DNA of 64,000 nucleotides. Origin: Octopus bimaculoides. Taxonomy: Eukaryota. Positions 1-12,575 of the stretch are shown here, piece by piece. Under the pieces are notes generated by a model that saw nothing but the letters and a program-made list of their open reading frames with translations, did not search any database and was not told where the DNA came from. Made by a program: the position numbers and the translations under genes. Each line of letters opens with the position of its first letter. The first letter of the stretch is position 1. The DNA is taken from assembly GCF_001194135.2 (NCBI RefSeq), contig NC_068984.1:16524317-16588316 (forward strand). Direction: 5' to 3'.

Positions 1-1673
1 TATATATATATATATATATAAGGGTGCAGGCATAGCTGTGTGGTGAGAAGTTTGCTTCCCAACTGCATGGTTCTGAGTTCAGTCCCACTGTGTGGCACAG
101 TGAGAAGCCCATCGTGTATATGTGTTTGTGTTTGTATATGCGTTTGTTTGTGTGTGTATTCAAATATGAATTAGAAGCAGTGCTAGTTTTGTAAACATTA
201 TTGACAACACATACTTAATGTATGTACTTTGGTTGTTCACCCGTAGGCTGTGGTTTAGCAAGGTGGCAATGACTCCCTCAAAATGCCAGGTGTTTTAAAC
301 ACCTGAAAGTCATAGACACATGATACAACTCACCCAAAATCCCATTCAAGAGTGAAGGATATCGATATTTCACCATTTTTATGGTTTATCAACATCTCAT
401 TATCTGAATCGAATGAAGATACATTTTGATGAGGTACCAAAGATACAAACCTTATAGAAAGAAGAGGACCCACTATATTAACGACTCAATTATGAATTCA
501 ATCAAGCAAATTAAAACACTCAGAAGAGCCACCAATATGCATATAAGATGGGGAACAGGCATACTAGGCAAAATTCTTTGTGGCATTTTGTCCCGCTTTA
601 TATTCAAAGTTCAAAGTTCAAATTCCACCAAGATCAGCTTTGCTTTTCTTCCTTCAGGTTTGATAAAACAAGTACCAGTTGATTACTTGGATCAATGTAA
701 CCGACCTACACCCCACCCCCGAAAGTGCTGGCTTTGTGTCAAAATTTGAAACCAATATTCAATGTACGTTGATAAACTCTTTACAAAGTGAAATTAATTA
801 TTTTTCTATGAGAAGTTTCAGCCAGAATCTTCTGACCAACTCTAATGTAAGCCACCATCACTTCTTCACCACAAAAATAATTTATTTCACTTTGTGTCAT
901 TGTTTGTGCTTATTATTTGCCAATGTCAAACATTACAAGTGTCTTTGTATTCTATTATTTCGTTAACTTTGGCTATTTTATCCCAAACTGCTCCTTTACA
1001 TTTAGTGAAGTTGCTTAGTCTTTTCCAATATATCTCATTACTAACTGCATGGAAATCAGAAAACCAATGAATTAAAAAAGTAGTTGAACATTAACCCTTT
1101 TGATATAAACCCATCTGAAACTGACCCTAGTTTTTATAATGTAAACTTTCTGTGTTAAAGTGATTTAAATTAAAACCTTCCATCAAAAGTTTGTATTAAT
1201 TTATGTTCCAAACACCAGTTTAATAGCAACAAAATTATTTGGTTAAATTTTCCATTATTTTCAAGATGAATTGAAAGAAAGACAGTGTGTTTCAATAGAA
1301 ATATGGTATCAAAAAGGTTAATAATGACAAAGTTAATTCACTAAATTCTTCATTATTTTCAAAATTGATTGAAAACAAGACTGTGTATTTCAACAGAAAT
1401 ATGATGCTAATGTTAATGAGCATTTGGTAAAAACGTGTCATATTTCTGATGGCAGGAATTGGCTGTGACACAGGAATACAGTACAAACTTAAAATATATT
1501 CCATCCAACCAGATTTTTCTTTTACTTTTTCTACATAATACATTAGCTTGGAACACTGTCAATTTTATTTCTCCAATATACTGACTTTACTTTTCTGGCA
1601 GCAGAGCATTGGAAAGAATGCTTAGCTGGTAAATTGGCAGAGTCATTAGGGGTGGCAGATTGTCACACAGTTT

Positions 1674-1904
1674 CTTATTTCTTTATTGCCCACAAGGGGC
1701 TAAACATAGAGGGGACAAACAAGGACAGTCAAAGGGGTTAAGTCGATTACATCGACCCCAGTGCGTAACTGGTACTTAATTTATTGACCCTGAAAGGATG
1801 AAAGGCAAAGTCGACCTCGGCGGAATTTGAACTCAGAACATAACGGCAGATGAAATACCACTAAGCATTTCACCCGGCGTACTAACGTTTCTGCTAGCTC
1901 GCCG
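1674..1904 (-). mobile_element. SINE family B, young copy with 12-bp TSD
   Basis: Highly similar to 50380..50851. GTCACACAGTTT is duplicated at 1662-73 and 1904-15; the copy is inserted into an older opposite-strand copy. Confidence 0.7.
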
Positions 1905-2635
1905 TCACACAGTTTTTGGTCTGTTTCTCCCTACGCTCTGAGTTCAAATCCCACCAAAGTCAACTTTACGTTTCATTTTTTAGGGGTCAATATAAACATA
2001 CTAATCTAATACAGTGCAATGGATTGGCAGAACTGTAAGAACATCAGAACAAATACCTTGTGGTGTTTGTTTCAGCTTTTTGCATTCTGAGTTCTAATCC
2101 TACTGTGGCCTACACTGGTGATAGACTTAATCCCTTGTCTGGATTATCAGCCCCACTTAGCACCCTGAGTGCTTTTAGTAGAGTCTCCTCATTGTAGGCA
2201 TTCAAGCTAGGCTCCAGTTTGAGAATAAATCTCCCTATCACCCACCAGCCTCAAAGACCCTATAACAAGTCAAGGGCACTGTCCACCTCCCCTCCCTGCC
2301 TCAACTAAAAGGTTGAATAATACTGCTTTAATGACAGTCAACAATCATTGAGGATAATAATTTATTCTTCCCCATTGATATTTTTATACCGTCATCGTTG
2401 TCGTCATCATTTAACATCCACTTGTCCATGCTTGCATTGGTCAAATGGAATTTCTGGAGGCAAATTTTATTCAGCCAGATGCCCACCCAGTTGTCAACTA
2501 TCACCTGTTTCCAAGCAAAGTAATATTTCCCTGTGGCCAGACATGTTTTCCACTGAAAACTGAAAATGAACTACTCCACTTATATGACAGTAATGCTTGT
2601 TTACAACCACCACATGATGTCAACACAATGTGCGT

Positions 2636-2670
<35 letters not shown>

Positions 2671-2715
2671 TGCACATACATACAAATATATATCACTGTC
2701 ATCATNNNNNNNNNN

Positions 2716-2747
<32 letters not shown>

Positions 2748-4346
2748 TTAATATCCATTTTCCATACTGGCATGGGTTGAATGGTTTGACAGGAGCTGGG
2801 AAGCTGGAAGACTGCACCAGGCATCACTGTCTTTTTAGGCATGGTTTTTATGGCTGGATGTCCTTCCTAACACCAACCATTTTACAGAGTAGACAGTGCT
2901 TTTTATATGGCACCAGCATTGGCAAAGTCTAATTTGGCATGATTTTTATAACTAGATGCCCTTCCAAATGCCAGCCATTTTACAATGTGGACTGGATACT
3001 TTTTATATGGCACCAGCACTGGCAGGGTCACCAGCTTCTTTCAGTTTCCGTCAACCAAACCCACTAACAAGGCTTTGGCCAGCTTGAAACTATAATAGAA
3101 GCTGTAGTAGAAGACACTTGCCAAAGTGCTGCACAATGAAACTGAACCTGAGACCAGATGGTTGGGAAGCAAACCTTCTTAACCACACAGCCACATCTAC
3201 ACCTTGAAATATTATATGGCAATTCTAACCACTTCACCTTCATACCTCATATTTAAATACGGCAAAGATACTTGGAGGCATTGTTCTCATAAACCTAAAA
3301 ATATTTTAACACTCATAAACACATAATAATAAGTAGTTTTTTTTTTCTTCTTTTAAACTTCATTTTTAAAAACATGATACTTAAGTGTAATTTAAAACAC
3401 CGAAAAATCACTGACAGAAATATTTATGTAAATATGATGAAATGAATAAAGAAGTTTTTATTTCATATGTTTATATATAAATAATCAGAAACTGAAGAAG
3501 CTGAACTGAAAAGTGAATTTATGGTAATGCCAATATTATCTTACTACAAAGCTAACTAACAAATATTGATGAATATGTCTGTATTAGGCATGCTGTGTTT
3601 GAAATGGATTTCCTTTGAAGAATTTCTGTAGTTCTTGTTAGTTTCCTCTAGTGGTTTGAAATAAAACTCATGATAATTGTAATTATTAAAGAAGAAATGT
3701 TCAACGAATGCTATTTTGTATTGCAAGTATTCAAAGCATGGATAAAATCTCCAGTAAAGTAAGTATAGGAAGACCATGGAATGGAGTGGTTGAGCAATAT
3801 GAAAGAATAATTGGATGGAGAGAGATTATGGAAAATTTGATGTTGGCAAATTATCAAGAAAGATGGCGGGATGGTGTTACATATCTTGCTCTATGTCTAC
3901 AGCCTTCCCAGGATATAGATTTTGATTGATTAGCTGGTTTGGTAAATAGGAGTATAGTAATTATGGCTTTAAGATTATAACAGCTAGAATAGGAAACCAC
4001 TGAAACACTTGTCGATTTTACTTAAAATTTATTTGTCTTTTCTACTTAATTTATACCATCTGACTTCACCAGTGATGGTGCCACATAGAAAGCTACTCAG
4101 TCCAATCTGTAAAGGAGCTGGCATTGGAGAGGTCATCCAACCATGAAAACCATGCCAAGACAGACCTCACCAGTGCTGGTGTCACATAAGAAACACCCAG
4201 CCCTCTCTGTGAAACAGTTGATGTTGAGAAGGGCATCCAGCCGTAGAAGTCATGCTGGGGCAGACAGTGGAGCTTGGTGTTGTCTTCTGGCTTACCAACT
4301 CCTGTCAAACTATCCAATCCATGCCAGCATGGAAGGTGGATGTTAA

Positions 4347-4379
<33 letters not shown>

Positions 4380-5587
4380 ATGATGATGATGATGGTGTTT
4401 GTACATCTCTAACTACTGGAGATCTTAGCACTTTAAGAGAAAATTGTGCAATGATTGCTTATAGCCCACTCAGGGAAACCTCTATCTTCATGTCCAAACA
4501 CAAAACAAAGTCAATAAGATTCACTTGGTGTCGAAACTCATTCAATCTAATCTCATGGATCCTCAAAGATTCACATTTAACAAATTACATTCTCTCGCTT
4601 CTACTCAACATTTCAATGTGTATCTTCCAAGTTATCATGAAAATCACTTTTCATCTGAAGGATTCAATTTATTTTATTCCATCCCCCCCTCCCTGTAATA
4701 TCACTTCATCTCTCCTTCAGTTGTTGTCAGTCCTTAATCTGAAGTTTAGCATCAATAAAATTGTTTTTGACAATTCTTTTCATCCATTCTTCAAATAATG
4801 ATACTACCTTCATCTTCACAATAGCAGTTCTTTTGATTGTCTGCACAGATCAATTCTATTTGTTCTCCTTGGAAATATCATGAGAATATAAGATATATGT
4901 ATATCTGTGCGGGGATGAATTTAATAAATATGGATAAACGCATTGCAAAGAAATCGAATGACTTATTCTAAAATACACTGCTGCTTTTCCATTTTTGCAG
5001 TGATTGATGAGCCTGTAATTTCAAATATTCACATTGGATAATGGTAGTTCAAGATAAATATGTTTGAAAAAGAAAATGGTATGATCACACACATAGTACA
5101 TTTCAGCGTAGGTCTGCCTGATCAAAGCTGATCTTAGGGTAAACAACAGAAATTTTACCTTTTCTAAGTCTTTGAGGAGTTTGAGCTCAGCTTTATAAGT
5201 TAGTAATGCAGTTGGCAGTTTTATAGTACTACAACTGTTTACAGAGCTGAATTATGCCACTCTGTAATATCTACTACAAGCAACTTGGTGGAATCAGCCA
5301 AGTAATTTGATCACCAACCCAATATTTTACAAGTGAATGATGAAACCTATACGTGATCACTTGATTTGTTGGGAATAGCAACCATATCACTCTTATATTA
5401 CCCTGCCATCTTAAAGAAAGTAACACATTAAATAGTGCAGTCCTTGATGCTCAGTACCTGAGTGAAAGGATGGGATGGTCACGACTGGAACCCCTTTGAT
5501 CATGGGCCTGCTTGATCATTGATCTTGGGCTTACTTGGAAATGGATGCGTGGTGTTCAATCATATAGTAATATAAATAATATATATA

Positions 5588-5954
5588 CTTACCAACCACA
5601 TGGTTCCGGGTTCATTCCCACTGCGTGGCATCTTGGGCAAGTGTCTTCTACTATAGACTCAGGCCGACCAAAGCCTTGTGAGTGGATTTGGTAGATGGAA
5701 ACTGAAAGAAGCCCGTCGTATATATGTATGTATATATGTATGTGCGTGTGTGTGTTTGTGTGTCTGTGTTTGAACCCCAACATCATTTGACAACCGATGC
5801 TGGTGTGTTTATGTCCCCGTAATGTAGCAGTTCGGCAAAAGAGACCAATAGAATAAGTACTAGGCTTACAAAGAATAAGTCCTGGGGTCGATTTGCTCGA
5901 CTAAAGGCAGTGTTCCAACATGGCCGCAGTCAAATGACTGAAACAAGTAATAGA

Positions 5955-5955
<1 letters not shown>
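5588..5955 (+). mobile_element. tRNA-derived SINE family A
   Basis: GGTTCCGGGTTCA.TCCC head, CTTGGGCAAGTGTCTTCT core, central (TG)/(TA) microsatellite, tail CAAATGACTGAAACAAGTAA; more than 12 copies in the window. Confidence 0.7.
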
Positions 5956-5994
<39 letters not shown>

Positions 5995-6047
5995 TAATTA
6001 AAATTTAACAAGCAAGATAGTAACTCAAGGGCCAAGTGTTTCATGTG

Positions 6048-6078
<31 letters not shown>

Positions 6079-6079
<1 letters not shown>

Positions 6080-6352
6080 TAGCTGGTCCTGTGCCATCAA
6101 AAATGATGGCTTATTGTAGTATTTTATATATAAATATGGATGGTAAATCATATTAATACAATTGTCAATGTTCACATATATTCACATACTTCCCTTGTAC
6201 ATACACACATACACTCACACAGAGTTGAAACGCTGTTTGATCTTTCATTTCAGCTTTGAATGTTCACCATCCCACCAGTTTACCATCGCTCCTTCCTTTC
6301 TCATTCATATGTTGTGATAGAGAAAAACACAAGAGTATTATTATAATAGATA
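6079..6352 (+). mobile_element. Possible Helitron-like non-autonomous element
   Basis: Starts ACTAGCT within (TA)n, has an internal (CA) tract and ends ATAATAGAT. Confidence 0.3.
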
Positions 6353-6889
6353 TACACGTGACTAATGGCCTTCCTCTCTTTCTTCCACTTCCTTCCTAAA
6401 GACAAGACGTATTTTTATCTGTCTCTTCTCAAAGCTCGTTTTTCCAGCGATCACCACTTCACATCGTCTTGGCTTAACAGCCCTCACCGTTTATTTTTAC
6501 TGTTTTGTTCTCACTGTCCTGTTCTTGTTACCACTTACACCCTCTGCAAAAAATCCCAAATTTTATTTAATTTGCTTTGCAGGAAGGACTGTTTTAATGA
6601 AGTTGTGTCTTGTCCTTACCTTCAAAACACAGAATAGATAAAACAGAGGACAACTGATGAAGGGAATGTTCTTTATGTTGCCTGTCTCGTTTCTCTGTTT
6701 GTTTTTTTTCCGTTGTTCAAAGAAAAGTTCGTTTTCTATGTTTTTGTTTTTTATGTTCTCATTTGTCATCCTGTCCACGTTTTTTTGATGTCCTGTACCC
6801 ATATATGCATGTATATATACATATACATGTAGGTATGTACATATATGTATGTATAAATGCATATATTTATATATTATTTATATTATTAT

Positions 6890-6923
<34 letters not shown>

Positions 6924-7369
6924 TGATATTTTGACTCTCACCAACCATGAGCTGGAACCACAGAGATTACCTAACGCTACCTGGTGCATACCTTTTCAAG
7001 TACCTGATTCTATCTGAATTTGAATTCTATCTAAATCCTCATTTTACTATGCAGAGAATGTTAAGCTTTGGATAATTGCTGATAGAATGGATAGAACTCT
7101 CGACCTTATCATCGGGACCAAAACACCCTCACCACTAGGCTACAAGAAATAGATCTCCTTTGATCATAAGTCTGATCGATCAGAATTCTAAACAACAACA
7201 ACAACAGCAATGGAAGATTTCAAGAGGAACAATCTATTGATGCCAGTGGTTATTGTGCATGACAATGCTAAGCACTCTCCATAGACAACAGCTCTTGTGA
7301 ATCTCCTCCACAAATAGGAGAGGAATCTATATGGTCTTAAGTGCAGTCTTCATTCCCCATTGCAGCTCT

Positions 7370-7403
<34 letters not shown>

Positions 7404-7629
7404 GGAATAGTTACCATACTGTAGCAACTTCTGTTCAATAGATCTGCAAGCTTTCAGTTATGCAGTGGTAGAAGCACACACACACACACACAGTTATTCA
7501 TGGATACATGTAAATCAAACACATCCATGTGTTAAATATTAACTATGTTTAGTGTAAATATTTGTCCTCTATCTTCTACAAAATGACTTGCAGTAACTAA
7601 CTCTCTCTGTCTCTCTCTCTGTCTCTCTG

Positions 7630-7667
<38 letters not shown>

Positions 7668-8079
7668 CCTCCCACCATTGATTTCCTTAACCAACAATTT
7701 CTCTTGCTCTCTTTTTATCAAAATCTCAAATTATCCTGGTCGTAAGGTCATGTTTGTTTTGTTTCCCTGCCAGAGTATCTGTCCATTTTATGCAATTACC
7801 CAGTGTTTATCAATCTGTTTACATATACACACATGTATCTATGTCTGTGTGTATACATATACCTACATATACATATATATGGCCTCTGCATGTGTATGTG
7901 TATAAACACACCCAAGCTCACACACGTTCATAATAGATATGGGTTGTGTGTATGCATGTGCGTGTGTGTGTATGTGTGTATATAGATACATAAGGGAGAG
8001 TCCAAACTTATACACACTCTTGTTTTTCAATGTATTTACACAAAAGCAGGGGTTAAACAAGTATATCATTTTTCAATAG

Positions 8080-8560
8080 AGTCTCCTTCTTTTTCCATGC
8101 ACTTGGTCCAGTGATCCATCAGCTTGTGTATTCCCTTCAAGAAGAAGATTTTCGGTTGGCTGTGCTACCATTTATGCATCAATTCCTTTACATCGTCATC
8201 CGTAGGAAATCAATGACCTTGTAAACCGTCTTTGAGCGGTCCAAAGATATGACAGTCAGAAGGGGTAAGATCTTGGCTGTAGACAGGGTACTCCAGCACC
8301 TCAAAACCCAATTAGTTAATGGTTTCAACGGTCCTGGCAGCAGTGTGTGGGTGTGCATTGTCATGCAGCAACACAACTTTCTTTGACAATAGCTTCAGCG
8401 ATTGGTGCAAATTGCTGGCTTCAGTTTGTTGGCCAACAAAGCACTGTATCTTACACCATTGATTGTACATTCCTTTTCCAGAGAAATTGGATCACTGCTC
8501 TTTGTTCTTCTTTGATGCACATTGCAAATGGAGTGGCCATACTTACACTATAAAGCCAGA
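8080..8560 (-). pseudogene. Mariner transposase fossil
   Basis: Minus strand reads VLLHDNAHPHTAARTVETI..LGFEVLEYPVYSQDLTPSDCHIFGPLKDGL..DDVKE..W..FFLKGIHKLMDHWTKC, with stops. Confidence 0.75.
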
Positions 8561-9794
8561 AAGGAAAATGGCATGATCAGGCTCAAACTTAGATCACATG
8601 ACCACAATAGTACCAACTCTAAGCACAAATGCACAGAAGGCAGTATAACAATAATAAAGATATGTTATGGTGAAAGGGCGGATAATTTTTGACTTCCTCT
8701 CGTATTCTTTTTTTTAGTCTTTTACTTGGTTCAATCATTTGACTGCAGCCATGCCAGAGCACCACCTTTAGTCGAGAAAATTGACCCCCAAGACTTATTC
8801 TTTATAAACCTAGTACTTATTCTATCAGTTTCTTATTGCCGAACCGCTAAGTTACGGAGACGTAATCACACCAACACCAGTTGTCAAGCAATGGTGAGGG
8901 GACAAACACAGACACATAAGCATATATATATATATATATATAGAAGTACTGGGATTGATGTAATAGACTAACCCGTCCCCTCAAAATTACTGTCCTTATG
9001 CTTATATCAGAAATCATGTTTTTTCTTTAGAGCCAGCCATCGTCTACAAAAGAGTATAGTTTAGTAGTAAATACCATGCTTTCATAAATTGTTTTAGGTG
9101 TCTATGTTGTTGTGAGCAGACATAAACATCCTTTTGACTTTCCCGCCTTCTGACACTGTAACACATCTGAGCTGTGACAGCTGGAAGGAGAGAGGGAGAA
9201 TGTTGCCCCAACACTTACCTTATACTCGTTTCAGGTGAGTAGACTGGAACAACATGAAATGGAGTGCAATATCTGTAACTAGACAGATGGATAGATGAAG
9301 AGATAGATCAATCGATCAATAAACAGATAGATAGATAGATAGATAGATAGATAAACAGATGGATGGGCAAGCAGATCAATAAGAGAGAGAGATAAACAGA
9401 TAGATACGTAAAGAAATAGGTAGCGCTACTTTAGAACGCTGTGAGCTCTGAAACTATTACGCAATGATGTATCTATTTCAGAAGCAAAACATAGCAACTA
9501 AAACGAGTCATTTCCTCTCTCTCTTTTATGTTAAACAAAAAAATGAAAGGTAGTCAAGACAAAATAATAATAATAATAATAAATAAATAAATTGAAAAAT
9601 TGAAACATAAAAGATAAAAGATTTAAAAATTCATAAAATGTTTTACATAACATGAGGAAAACTGATTTCTGACATATTTTGAGAAAATGACAAATGTGTT
9701 AGAAGTTTATCAATGACATTGGGAAGTGAAAGAAAGAGACTATCTTAGATATGCTCTCATTCTCTCTCTCCCTCTTTCCCTCAATCTATCTACC

Positions 9795-9975
9795 TATCTA
9801 TCTCACTATCTGTCTATCTCACTATCTGTCTATCTCACTATCTGTCTATCTCACTATCTATCTATCTCACTATCTATCTATCTCACTATCTGTCTATCTC
9901 ACTATCTGTCTATCTCACTATCTGTCTATCTCACTATCTATCTATTTATCTATCTATCTAGCTATCTATCTATTC
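9795..9975. repeat. 16-bp tandem repeat (CTATCTGTCTATCTCA)n grading into (TATC)n
   Basis: Directly visible; explains the low-complexity ORFs 9726..10160 and 9751..9993. Confidence 0.8.
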
Positions 9976-10815
9976 ATTCATCTATCTCTCTAACGAGCTA
10001 CCAATGTCTGACTGTCTGTCTATCTGTCTCAGCAAATGACTTTCCAACAGTTTTGATGCTAACTATTCCAGTTATTCAATCAACTGAACTCCTTTCTCAT
10101 TGNNNNNNNNNNCTTTCCAACAGTTTTGATGCTAACTATTCCAGTTATTCAATCAACTGAACTCCTTTCTCATTGAATCAGTATCTAAGTAGCAGAGTAG
10201 TTTACAGACACCAGTACCTTCAACATAATTCTTAGTCAGAATCTGCATGATACAGTGTGTGTGTGTGTCATGAGGCTGAATCTTTGAGTTACAGGTACAA
10301 TCCATCCAACAACCAGGAGATAAGCTTCCATACAGTTTCCATCCACCCAATTTTATTCACGAGGCTTATGGGAAAAGACACCTGCCTATGATGCTGTGGG
10401 ATCAAACCTGGGACTTTGTAATTGAGAAACAAAACCTTCAATTCCTGGACCAGGCTGTGTGTTGTGTTCTTGAGCAAGACACTTTATTGCATGTTGCTCC
10501 AGTTCACTCAGCTGTTGAAATGAGTTTTCAATGTCACTTTGCCTTTTGCTTGGATAACATTGGTGGCATGGAGAGGGGAGGCTGATATGCATGGACGACT
10601 GCTGGTCTTTCATAAACAACCTTGCCTGAACTTGTGTCTTGGAGGGTAACTTTCCAGGTGCAATCTCATCATCATTCATAACTGAAGAGTGTCCTTAGGT
10701 GAAGAGTTTACCTATGTTGTTCGATATACCTGTATTTGTCTATGTTGCTTAAATATATGCCACAGACCTCTTTGAGTTATTTCTCTCCACTCGTTTTTGC
10801 TTAAATTATGTGAAT

Positions 10816-11187
10816 AGGTGCAGGTGTGGCTGTGTGACAAGAAGTTTGCTTCGCAAATGAATGGTTTCAGGTTCAGTCCCACTGTGTGGCACTTTGAATA
10901 AGTGTCTTCTACTGTAGTCCTGGGCTAACCATAGCTTTGTGAGTGGATGTGGTAGATGGAAACTGAAGGAAGCCTGTTATGTATGTTGGTGCTCCCCCCC
11001 CCACCACCACCACCACCACTTGACAACTGGTGCTGGTTTGTTTACATCTGTAACTTAATAGTTCAGCATAAGAGATTGACAGAATAAATATCAGGTTTCA
11101 AAAAAAAGAAGTATTAGGGTTGATTTGTTCAACTAAAACCCCTCAAGGCAGTGCCCCAGCATGAGTGAAACAAGTAAAAAATAAAAG
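10816..11187 (+). mobile_element. SINE family A
   Basis: Same head, core and tail as 5588..5955; more diverged. Confidence 0.6.
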
Positions 11188-11250
11188 GTAAATTACGTAG
11201 GCCATTAATGTTCTCTACTCGTTTTTGTATGTCCGAGTCTTTTTGCTACA

Positions 11251-11328
11251 GGAGATAAGGACAGACAGTTGTTGTACTGATGAAGGCTAATGAGCCAGAA
11301 ACATGTTCATGACTGTCCTCTTATCTCC
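11251..11328 (+). ncRNA. Hammerhead-like motif of a third family (partly degenerate)
   Basis: GGAGATAAG..GACAGT..gta-CTGATGA-A-GGCT(aatg)AGCC-a-GAAAC-AT-GTT-cat..ACTGTC..CTTATCTCC. Core, stem II and palindromic helix III are present and distal stem I pairs (9+6 bp); the proximal stem I is mismatched. Confidence 0.45.
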
Positions 11329-11364
11329 AGACAATAAGCCTGTTCTTTTTCTTAAAGGTATGTC

Positions 11365-11590
11365 TCATCATCATCATCATCATCGTCGTTTAACGTCTGC
11401 TTTCCATGCTAGCATGGGTTGGACGATTTGACTGAGGACTGGCGAACCAGAAGGCTGCACCAGGCTCCAATCTGGTCTGGCAGATTTTCTACAGCTGGAT
11501 GCCCTTCCTAATGCCAACCACTCCGAGAGTGTAGTGGGTGCTTTTACGTGCCACCAGCACGAGGGCCAGTCAGGCAGTACTGGCAATGGT
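11365..11590 (-). mobile_element. RTE-LINE 3' UTR fragment with (GAT)n tail
   Basis: CATCATCGTTTAACGTC..CTGGATGCCCTTCCTAA..CCAACCACTCC. The same family recurs near 2395, 2715, 4080, 16195, 16760, 17895, 27860, 29965, 33060, 39590, 58741 and 59080. Confidence 0.7.
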
Positions 11591-12236
11591 CTATTTTGAA
11601 GAATTCTTGAATCTTGAGGTTACCTCCCCTTCTCAAGTGAAGCTGGTCTTAATTGTCATTTGGTAATTATGACACATCCTCCAGAGGCAGAAGTAATTTT
11701 AATAAACCAAGAATTTATTTTGTATGATATTCAATATAACTGAATTTGTCTATGTTCCTCAAAAAAACTTTGTTTTCTCTCTTCTTTTCTTTCTCAGCGA
11801 AGGACAATAGATTACAACTCATCAATGCAAACTAACTAGATATTTTCCGAAATCCATTTCTCAGAGCATTGTAGTATATATTTCCAGATCAAATACTGCC
11901 TAGAATAAAGCATAACATTGATGAAGGGGTGTGAATTCCCTAAGCCTCCAATTGATCAACAGGTGCTGCTGTACTCGATCAGCTCTGATGACTTGCATTG
12001 ATTGACCAAACCAAAGAGGTATCTTCCGTATCTATATATATAACCCCTTACTTATATGACCCAGTGACAGAGCATCTACATCAGTGGTTCCCACCCACAT
12101 TTTATCTATGGACCCCTTTGATTACTATTTTATTCAGGTGCCTATGCCTCTAGCCATTCATTGTTTAATAACTAATATTATAGATATACATTATTTACAT
12201 TTGATGGATATTTATCCTCATCTTGTTTTTGTTGTT

Positions 12237-12282
12237 AACACAACGTTTCGGCTGATATACCCTCCAGCCTTCATCAGGTGTC
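12237..12282 (-). ncRNA. Minimal type I hammerhead ribozyme motif, intact core (Penelope-like)
   Basis: Minus strand reads GACAC-CUGAUGA-A-GGCUG(gagggtatat)CAGCC-GAAAC-GUU-GUGUU. Stem I GACAC/GUGUU, stem II GGCUG/CAGCC, loop-less palindromic helix III AACGUU. Confidence 0.65.
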
Positions 12283-12316
12283 TTGAGGAAATTTCGAACT
12301 TGAGTTCTCATTCCTA

Positions 12317-12575
12317 GTGGTTAAGAGCACGGACTACTAACCCCAAGATTCCAAGTTCGATTCTAGGCAGTGACCTGAATAATGATAATAATAATAACAT
12401 CGAAAAATACTTTAGGAATGAGAACCCAGGTTCCAAATTTCCCCCAAGGCACCCGATGAAGGCTGGAGGGTATATTAGCCGAAACGTTGTGTTAACAACA
12501 AACAAGATGAGGACAAATATCCGTCAAATGTAAATAATGTACATAATTCCTCATCTCTTAAATATAGAACTGTAA
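12317..12575 (+). mobile_element. tRNA-headed SINE-like element ending in a hammerhead/Penelope-like tail
   Basis: 5'-truncated tRNA-like head (TAGTGGTTAAGAGC..CTACTAACCCCAAGATTCCAAGTTCGATTC with A and B boxes), then (AAT)n, a body and the hammerhead motif. A second copy lies at 58600..59080. Confidence 0.65.
12448..12493 (+). ncRNA. Hammerhead motif copy with core mutation (CCGAUGA)
   Basis: Same family as 12237..12282, but the conserved CUGAUGA reads CCGAUGA and stem II has a C-to-T change; probably impaired. Confidence 0.5.

Noticed and set aside
426-966. ORFs 426..749 and 679..966
   Set aside because: They overlap a decayed SINE B copy; no protein motif.
6640-6705. CTGATGAAGGGAA..TTCTT hammerhead-like start
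   Set aside because: No GAAA half of the core; too degenerate to call.
7230-7440. PVVIVHDNAKH motif suggesting mariner
   Set aside because: Single short motif, no supporting blocks or TIRs.
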